From assembly GCA_013387215.1 (NCBI GenBank), contig WARW01000019.1, positions 22,717-86,716 on the forward strand: a stretch of DNA of 64,000 nucleotides, in the 5' to 3' direction. The DNA is from Patescibacteria group bacterium. GTDB taxonomy: Bacteria; Patescibacteriota; Microgenomatia; UBA12405. Within the stretch, counting starts at the first letter, position 1, and the number at the start of each line of letters is the position of its first letter. Both the position numbers and the translations under genes were made by a program. Under the pieces are notes generated by a model. The model was not told the origin of the DNA. It made no database searches and worked only from the letters and a program-made list of their open reading frames with translations. Shown one piece after another: positions 57,749 through 64,000 of the stretch.

Positions 57749-58514
57749 AAACGATTTCTCCTGATTCATCGGTTCTTAAAGTTTTAATTCCTCTTTTATT
57801 TAATTTTTCTAAAACTTCTTTTCGGGGATGTCCAAATCGATTGTTTTTGCCAACGCTGACAATCGCCACACTGGGATTTGTTTCTTCTAAAAGCTCATCG
57901 CTGGTCGCCGTCTCCGAACCGTGATGGGAAACTTTTAAAACATTTATTTTTTGATTCAGCATTTTTCGCCAGACCATTTTTTGTTCCACTTCTGCTGGAA
58001 CATCAGCCAAAAGCAAAATCTTTTTATCCTTATAAGTTAAGATGCCAGCAATCGATCCTTCATTTGCCCCTTGTACATTTTCCTTGTTTTTTTCAGGATT
58101 TACCACCTCATAATTAATCAGACCCACATTAACCATATCAGTCGCATACAATTTTTTTGAATAAATATTTTGTTCATTTAGGGCTTCTAACTGCTCGTCG
58201 CTAAAAATATTAACTATCTTATAACTTCTTAAGACATCTTTAAGCCCTCCACTATGATCGCCATCACTATGAGTTACAATCAACACTTCAATTGTCTTAT
58301 CCCAAAACGGCAAATGTCTATCTAAACAGTTTAATATTTTTTTATTATCCGGCCCAGTATCAATTAGAATTTCCAGATTTTTTTGAACTAAAAGTATTCC
58401 ATCTCCCTGCCCCACATCGCAAAAAATTAGTTTTGTTTGACTATTATTAATACTCCAAACCCAAAGTCCCAAAAGCATCATAAGACTGACGGCTAAAATT
58501 AATTTAAACCTCAT
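57735..58514 (-). CDS. ComEC C-terminal metallo-beta-lactamase domain (stand-alone)
   Basis: DVGQGD, THSDGDHSGG, KVSHHGS and FGHP motifs. Confidence 0.9.
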   Translation of the reverse strand: MRFKLILAVSLMMLLGLWVWSINNSQTKLIFCDVGQGDGILLVQKNLEILIDTGPDNKKILNCLDRHLPFWDKTIEVLIVTHSDGDHSGGLKDVLRSYKIVNIFSDEQLEALNEQNIYSKKLYATDMVNVGLINYEVVNPEKNKENVQGANEGSIAGILTYKDKKILLLADVPAEVEQKMVWRKMLNQKINVLKVSHHGSETATSDELLEETNPSVAIVSVGKNNRFGHPRKEVLEKLNKRGIKTLRTDESGEIVFNLD

Positions 58515-59505
58515 TTTTCCGCTTTAAAAGATAAACTCCTAAAACCAGATACCAGCCGATTAAAATAAAATAATTAAATTTAAAATCAATACTAGCCCAG
58601 CTTAAATTTCCCAAAACCTCCACTATTACCACAAAATATTTTAATAATGGATATATCAACAACAGAAAAGCATGACCTAAAATATTACAAAATACTCCGA
58701 TAATAGCTCCGATACCTCCGATTATGGTAATAATTTCCACCAAACCTATAAGCATGGCATTGCTCAAAAAACTAATAATACTTATAGTTCCGAAACTAAA
58801 ACTCAAAATCGGCGTAATAAAAAGGCTCACCCACAAAGTCGATTTAATATTGTTAAATCCCTTTTCATTATTTTTTAACTCCGAAATTACGGCTATAAAC
58901 GCCAAAAAGCTGAGCCAAAAACTAATCTCCAAAATCATTTTTGGATCAGCCAAAAGCATAATAATTATTGTTAGAATCAAGCTTCTCCCGATTGAATATT
59001 TTCTGCCCAAAAGCTGCGCCCAATAATAAATGCCGATTAAGATTACTGCCCTTATCACCGGAATCTGCCACCCCACTAAATTTACATAGCTAAAAGCCAA
59101 GATTAAAGCCAGTATTATTGCTTTCTTTCTCCCCAAAATAACCGCCAAATTTTCAACAATAAGTGAGGTCAAAATTATCACATTGGTCCCGCTGACTACT
59201 ACAACGTGTACGATACCGCTTCGTTTTAACTGCTCCCAAAAAGTTTTATCAAATCCTGTCTTGTCACCCAAAATTATTCCTGCCAAAAGCCCCGCCTCTT
59301 TCGGCGGCAAACTTTGATAAATCACCTGGATCAAACTATCACTCTTTACAAACTTGTACACCAAACCCATTATAAAAATTACACAAATCCATAATAGAAA
59401 AATTTTGAAGTTACTATTTGAAATTGGCGAAGATAAAAGATTTTTTGGAGCGCAATCATGCGAAGCGCGTGAGCACCAAAAAAATTTTATCAAGCCAATT
59501 TTCAT
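58504..59505 (-). CDS. comEC: ComEC/Rec2 competence (membrane) domain
   Basis: GIILGD, GIVHVVVVSGTN, RA and SFWLSF motifs; start uncertain because of the palindrome at the 5' end. Confidence 0.85.
   Translation of the reverse strand: MKIGLIKFFWCSRASHDCAPKNLLSSPISNSNFKIFLLWICVIFIMGLVYKFVKSDSLIQVIYQSLPPKEAGLLAGIILGDKTGFDKTFWEQLKRSGIVHVVVVSGTNVIILTSLIVENLAVILGRKKAIILALILAFSYVNLVGWQIPVIRAVILIGIYYWAQLLGRKYSIGRSLILTIIIMLLADPKMILEISFWLSFLAFIAVISELKNNEKGFNNIKSTLWVSLFITPILSFSFGTISIISFLSNAMLIGLVEIITIIGGIGAIIGVFCNILGHAFLLLIYPLLKYFVVIVEVLGNLSWASIDFKFNYFILIGWYLVLGVYLLKRKNEV
59420..59503. repeat. Palindromic element at the comEC 5' end, related to the leuS insertion
   Basis: AAATTGGC..GATAAAA..TTTTTTGG / CCAAAAAA..TTTTATC..GCCAATTT around AATCAT-GCGAAGC-GCGTGAG. 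Confidence 0.65.
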
Positions 59506-60108
59506 AAACCGACTTTATCCTTAATTTTTTCGAATAATTTATCGCCTATTCCACCCACCAATTTCAATTCTTCAATATTTTTAAACCCTCCTTTCTCTGT
59601 TCGATAATCAATTATTTTCTGGGCAATGCTTGGTCCAATTCCAGGTAGTATGTCAAAATCGCTTAAACTGCCATTATTTAGGCTGATTTTATTATTCTTG
59701 ACCGTGCTTGTATTTGCTTTTGTCTCAATATCTTCCGAAGAATTTGGAATATAAATTTTTTGGCCGTCGATTACTGTTTCTGCTCTATTAAGATTCTTTT
59801 CTACCCATTGACGATCAGCACCAATTGACAGCCCTCCCGCTCTCTCCAAAACATCAGCAATCCTATCGCCTTTTTTTGAATTCGTAAACTCCTGGATGTA
59901 TTACTTCCCCGCTTACATCAATCATTACCTTACTAGAAACTTGTGCATCACCAGTCACTCCAACACCGCTTACTTTAGATATTACTTCAACTTTATTATT
60001 TTGAGAATATTGATCTTTAATCGATAGCCCCACCCCGACAGCAATAAGCATTATCCCTATCGCCAATACACCATCCAATATCTTAAGGTTTTGTAAAATT
60101 TTTAACAT
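59502..60108 (-). pseudogene. comEA: comEA split by a one-base frameshift in an A7 tract
   Basis: TM plus SLBB start (IDVSGEVIHPGVYEFKK) in 59863..60108; HhH part (ISLN...LPGIGPSIAQKIIDYR) in 59502..59849; removing one base at 59871-59877 restores FKKGDRIADVLERAGG. Confidence 0.85.
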
Positions 60109-60168
60109 ATAAAAGTTTACACTTTTTAAAACTTGATACTTGCTTGCAATTGATTGATACTATAATCA

Positions 60169-60813
60169 ATGTCTCAAATTGCCGTCATTTGCTTATTATC
60201 ACTTGGATCGTTTATTGCCTATATTTTTTCAGTCACTCCTTTGGCTGTTTACACTCCCCAGTTTATTGCTTTGATTTCCATTATCACTTTAATTCTTATC
60301 AAACGTAAAAGCTATTTAATTTTTTCTATTGCTCTCTTAATTAACGTTATTATTTTTACCTCAAACGGTCTCAACTCGCCTTTTTTCTTTTTAGTTTATT
60401 TCTTACTTTTTGTGATCGCTTTTCAAAATCCTCCCACCACCACCCTCTCATATTCCTTAATTTTAGTTATTCTTCTATCTCAATCTCTCAATTCTTACAC
60501 CTCACTTATTCCCCTAATTTCCCTCTTATTCATTACTCCACTAGCTTGGTTTATTGGCAGGCAATATCTAGATAATCTCAAACTCGGTTCAACCCTCGCC
60601 TATGATGAAACCGAAATTCTTTTTTGGCTGACTTTAAAATTCAAAACTGGCATCTGCCAAATTATTGATTCTGCCTCCCAGCTTTTATCTCAACCCCAAC
60701 TCAGTCCTAGCCAAAAACAAGAACTTCATCACATCAAAGACTCGGCTAAAAATCTTTTGAATTCTTCTCAAAAACTTACCCAAGAAATTGATCAGAAAAA
60801 TAATGAAGCTTAA
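60169..60813 (+). CDS. Multi-pass membrane protein with C-terminal helical hairpin
   Basis: Several TM helices (GLNSPFFFLVY), then a HisKA-like helix pair. Confidence 0.7.
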   Translation: MSQIAVICLLSLGSFIAYIFSVTPLAVYTPQFIALISIITLILIKRKSYLIFSIALLINVIIFTSNGLNSPFFFLVYFLLFVIAFQNPPTTTLSYSLILVILLSQSLNSYTSLIPLISLLFITPLAWFIGRQYLDNLKLGSTLAYDETEILFWLTLKFKTGICQIIDSASQLLSQPQLSPSQKQELHHIKDSAKNLLNSSQKLTQEIDQKNNEA

Positions 60814-61564
60814 AAAAATAATTCCCATTTTATTTTTACTTTTTCTATTTTTGCTCTCCAAAAAAAATATTATTGCTCAGAGTTTTTCATCGGCAAGTTT
60901 TAGAATTCAATGGGGCAACTTTAATATGACCGGCGGCACTAAAAAAGCTCCCAGTGGTTTAACCCTAACAGATAGTGTTGGCCAAAATGCTCCCGGCCAA
61001 TTCAATAGTTCGGGCTTCATTGTCAAATCTGGTTTTCAATATGCCTATGACACTCTCAGTAAATTTTCTTTTCAGATTGATAAATTAAGCCTTAACTTCG
61101 GCACTCTTGTTCCTAATGTCGGCAGCACTCAAAGCAACATTATTACTATTTCCACTCCTTCGGCCAAAGGCTATGAAATTTTAGCCATGGAAGATCATCC
61201 TTTAAATATTTTTCAAACCAACAATAATATTCCCGACACCACTTGTGACGCCGGCACTTGTTCCGAAACAGTTTCTGGTGTTTGGACAGGCACCACTTCT
61301 TATGGTTTCGGTATGAATGCCATTGGTATTAACACCAGCGGTGTGGCCACTGGTGTGGGCACTTCCAGCATTTTCACTAACAATACCTATTTTCGTCAGT
61401 TTGCTAATTTTCAGGCTGGTGAAAATAATCAGGTTATCATGACCGAATCAAATTCAGTTAAAGATCATTCTGCCCGAATTACTTATCGAATCGTTATCGA
61501 TAAACCGCAGGCCGCTGGTCTTTATCAAAATTCTATTAATTTTGTCGCGATTCCAAAATATTAA
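60803..61564 (+). CDS. Secreted beta-rich surface protein (possibly WxL-like)
   Basis: Signal peptide; C-terminal QAAGLYQNSINFVA pattern. Confidence 0.65.
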   Translation: MKLKKIIPILFLLFLFLLSKKNIIAQSFSSASFRIQWGNFNMTGGTKKAPSGLTLTDSVGQNAPGQFNSSGFIVKSGFQYAYDTLSKFSFQIDKLSLNFGTLVPNVGSTQSNIITISTPSAKGYEILAMEDHPLNIFQTNNNIPDTTCDAGTCSETVSGVWTGTTSYGFGMNAIGINTSGVATGVGTSSIFTNNTYFRQFANFQAGENNQVIMTESNSVKDHSARITYRIVIDKPQAAGLYQNSINFVAIPKY

Positions 61565-61568
61565 AATT

Positions 61569-62435
61569 ATGTCAACTTTTAACATCACTCTTGATCCTGC
61601 TCAAATCGAATTTGTTGTTAAACCTGGTGTTACCTTAACTCAGGCCTACAACGTCACCAATAACTCATCTGAAACTATTTCTCTGAATACCGTTGTTTTA
61701 CCTTGGGAACCGGTCGGCATCGACGGCAATGTTAATTATCAAAATGTAGCTCAAAACCCCAATATTACTTTTTCACTTCTTAATGCCGATTTGAAATTAG
61801 GCCAATCGTTCATGTTGGCTCCAAATTCCAAACAGCAGATTGTCTTAAAAATTTCCTCCACTCAAAATACTGGATTAAACGACTATTACTATACTTTCTT
61901 TGTCACCCAAAATCCTCAAAGCGGCTTTGGTGCCGATTCGAGTGTTTCTCAAGCTTATGGCCAGATTGGTTCCCATATTCTTTTATCCGTTTCCAACACC
62001 GAAAACCCAACAGCTCTTGCTAGCATCCGCAATTTTTCTATTTCTCCCCGATTTAAAGATATCTTTTTTACTCCCGTTGCTTTTACTGCTGAGATAAAAA
62101 ATAATTCCAATAATTTTTTTAAAACTCAGGGCAAATTAACTATCACTAAAAATGACCGGAAAATTGCGGAAACGGAACTTAAAAATGACAATGTTCTAGC
62201 TCATCATTCCCGGGCTTTAAACTGCAAAGATCAAGAATCTTGTGTTTTAAATCCGCCTTTTTGGCCCGGTCACTACACTGCTACATTGGCCCTAGATCAA
62301 TCGCTTGGTGGTGAACAGGCATCCATTTCCTTTTTTGTGTTTCCATTTTCCTTGCTCGCATTTTCAATATCAATTTTGCTTTTAATTTTGCTTTTCCGAA
62401 AAATAACAAAATCAATTTTCCACTCTAAAAAATAA
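61569..62435 (+). CDS. DUF916/WxL-interacting-like surface protein with C-terminal TM
   Basis: VKPG...YNVTN, N...FKTQG, G.YTA motifs; C-terminal TM plus basic tail. Confidence 0.6.
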   Translation: MSTFNITLDPAQIEFVVKPGVTLTQAYNVTNNSSETISLNTVVLPWEPVGIDGNVNYQNVAQNPNITFSLLNADLKLGQSFMLAPNSKQQIVLKISSTQNTGLNDYYYTFFVTQNPQSGFGADSSVSQAYGQIGSHILLSVSNTENPTALASIRNFSISPRFKDIFFTPVAFTAEIKNNSNNFFKTQGKLTITKNDRKIAETELKNDNVLAHHSRALNCKDQESCVLNPPFWPGHYTATLALDQSLGGEQASISFFVFPFSLLAFSISILLLILLFRKITKSIFHSKK

Positions 62436-62570
62436 AGAAAAAAGCAAATTTAATTATCTCCATCTTTCGGTTAAATTATTAACAGATTATTAACGGAATT
62501 TGCAGTACTCTAAATTTAGGTGGTGAGATCAAACATTTTTGAATCATCCCAATTTAACAATTAAGACTTT

Positions 62571-62891
62571 ATGGCAAAAAGTGAATGCAGACAATGTATT
62601 CAGTACTCATGTGAGTCATTAGTAGTTAAACAAGAAGACGGCACTTACGCCAAAGACATCACTCGCCGCTTCCGATTCATCAAAGAAGACGGTGTCATTT
62701 GTGACGGCGGAGCTGTCGAAAACAGCATCGAGAATTGTGAAATCAAAGCCCGAGCCATCGCCGAAAAAGAAAAAATCATCGAAATCGATCCCAACAAAAT
62801 TGAAATTGCCATTAAAAAAAAGATAAAAGCCGAAAAAAGAAAGAAAAGCCGGGAAAGAAAAAGGCTCGCCCGTCTCGGCGATCTGGCTTAA
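62571..62891 (+). CDS. Hypothetical Cys-containing protein with basic C-terminus
   Basis: CRQC...C...C...C; Lys/Arg-rich tail. Confidence 0.6.
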   Translation: MAKSECRQCIQYSCESLVVKQEDGTYAKDITRRFRFIKEDGVICDGGAVENSIENCEIKARAIAEKEKIIEIDPNKIEIAIKKKIKAEKRKKSRERKRLARLGDLA

Positions 62892-62955
62892 ACAATAAAT
62901 TCAAGACAACAAAAAAACCCAGCGGTCGATTTCTCTCCCTTCTGGGTTATTTAGT

Positions 62956-63408
62956 TCAGGTAAAAATTGCAAAGGTTCTTTGAATTTCTGGTGCCGACTG
63001 AAAGCAATTTTCATAATCTTTAATAATATTTTCTCTGTCGTTTCCCCAAACAAATACAGTCATTTTAATATCAAAAAGACCATAACCTTTTTCTCCTGGC
63101 AGCTTTATTGAGCGCATATCAACGCTATAGTTGAATGCACAAATCGGACAGTCCAAAAGCTTGCAGATATGACTCATTAATTCAGGTGATGGTCGTTTCG
63201 GTTCTCCTTTCTTGTAATCAAAAGATTCCACCAGAATTCTCGTCGCTCCCTCATGATCGTAGTACCAAACAAAATTACATATATCTTTCAGTAACACCTG
63301 CAGCACCAGTTCTCCATCGTCTTGTTGTTTTCTTTCTTCACAATTTTCTTTGCCAAGTTCTTTGCAAATACCGGCAAACAATTCCTCTCGATTAACCACT
63401 AACACCAT
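62956..63408 (-). CDS. Hypothetical cassette protein
   Basis: 150-aa ORF with AAGGAG; true start may be GTG 63399. Confidence 0.65.
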   Translation of the reverse strand: MVLVVNREELFAGICKELGKENCEERKQQDDGELVLQVLLKDICNFVWYYDHEGATRILVESFDYKKGEPKRPSPELMSHICKLLDCPICAFNYSVDMRSIKLPGEKGYGLFDIKMTVFVWGNDRENIIKDYENCFQSAPEIQRTFAIFT

Positions 63409-63445
63409 CTCCTTATTTTTATTTTAAATGAACTGCCCGATTATA
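63409..63445 (-). promoter_or_regulatory. Minimal cassette leader (minus strand)
   Basis: TATAAT 63445-63440; GTTCATTTAAAA 63433-63422; AAGGAG 63414-63409; pairs with 62965-62953. Confidence 0.55.
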
Positions 63446-63500
63446 CCACTAAAAAATTACTAACTATAATAATTTGTAAGAAAAGATATATAATGCGCTT

Positions 63501-64000
63501 ATGGCACAAGAATACAACTCTGAATTAATCTATAAACTCTATGATTCTAAAGAAGCGGAAGAAGCAATTCCTATTTTAGAAGAAATGGATGAAATTAAAG
63601 ACAATGTGTTTCTATATCCAATTTACGCCGCTTACTTAAAATATAAAAATACTTTTTACTCTCACTTTTTTATAGACTCATTAAATATTTATGAATCCAA
63701 TGAAACAGTTAAGATAGCCACAAAAATTACAAAATCTCCTTGTAAAGATACCGATTTTATATGGAGCTTACCAATATTTACTAAATACAATCATTTTAAC
63801 GATGAAATAATAAAAAAATGTTTGTATATATTAGATCAATCAAGTAACAAAAAAACAAAACTTATCATCGAAGATTATCATCTAGAAAAAATTACAAATT
63901 TTTTATTAGGTGCAGGAAAAACAAAAGAAATCATATCAAATTTTAGAATTATATTAGCATCAAATTATTTTGCTAAAAATGTACGCAACACGGTATTAAA
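63501..64000 (+). CDS. Hypothetical protein (partial, runs off window end)
   Basis: MAQEYNSELIYKLYDSKEAEE...; TATAAT 6 nt upstream of the ATG; not in ORF track. Confidence 0.6.
   Translation, partial: MAQEYNSELIYKLYDSKEAEEAIPILEEMDEIKDNVFLYPIYAAYLKYKNTFYSHFFIDSLNIYESNETVKIATKITKSPCKDTDFIWSLPIFTKYNHFNDEIIKKCLYILDQSSNKKTKLIIEDYHLEKITNFLLGAGKTKEIISNFRIILASNYFAKNVRNTVL

Overview
Low-GC bacterial chromosome segment (standard code 11) whose gene content and style point to a Patescibacteria/CPR genome, probably Microgenomates (inference, not a database result). Core genes: glyA, prs, tmk, thyX, mpg, nrdR-nrdJ-pduO, secE-nusG-rplK-rplA, rplJ-rplL, ruvCAB, murB, mreB, leuS, split comEC, frameshifted comEA, tRNA-Pro(CGG) and tRNA-Arg(CCT). 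Regulatory elements: an L10 leader, NrdR boxes and a compact cobalamin riboswitch. Main observation: core genes are leaderless or have A-rich leaders without a Shine-Dalgarno. In contrast, 12 accessory transcription units share an rRNA-operon-like wrapper. It consists of a sigma70 promoter, usually a small hairpin with a loop ending in GC, a boxA-like 12-mer, a gene-specific 5' arm, a strong SD, the ORF, a 3' arm complementary to the 5' arm, and a large 3' hairpin. The arm pairings contain G-U pairs and compensatory changes, which suggests closed-loop mRNAs. Other notable items are a 3-copy AACGTG/CACATT hairpin family, two related ~84-nt palindromic insertions (in leuS and comEC) and Chloroflexota-like xLPLV C-terminal tails on two cassette proteins.
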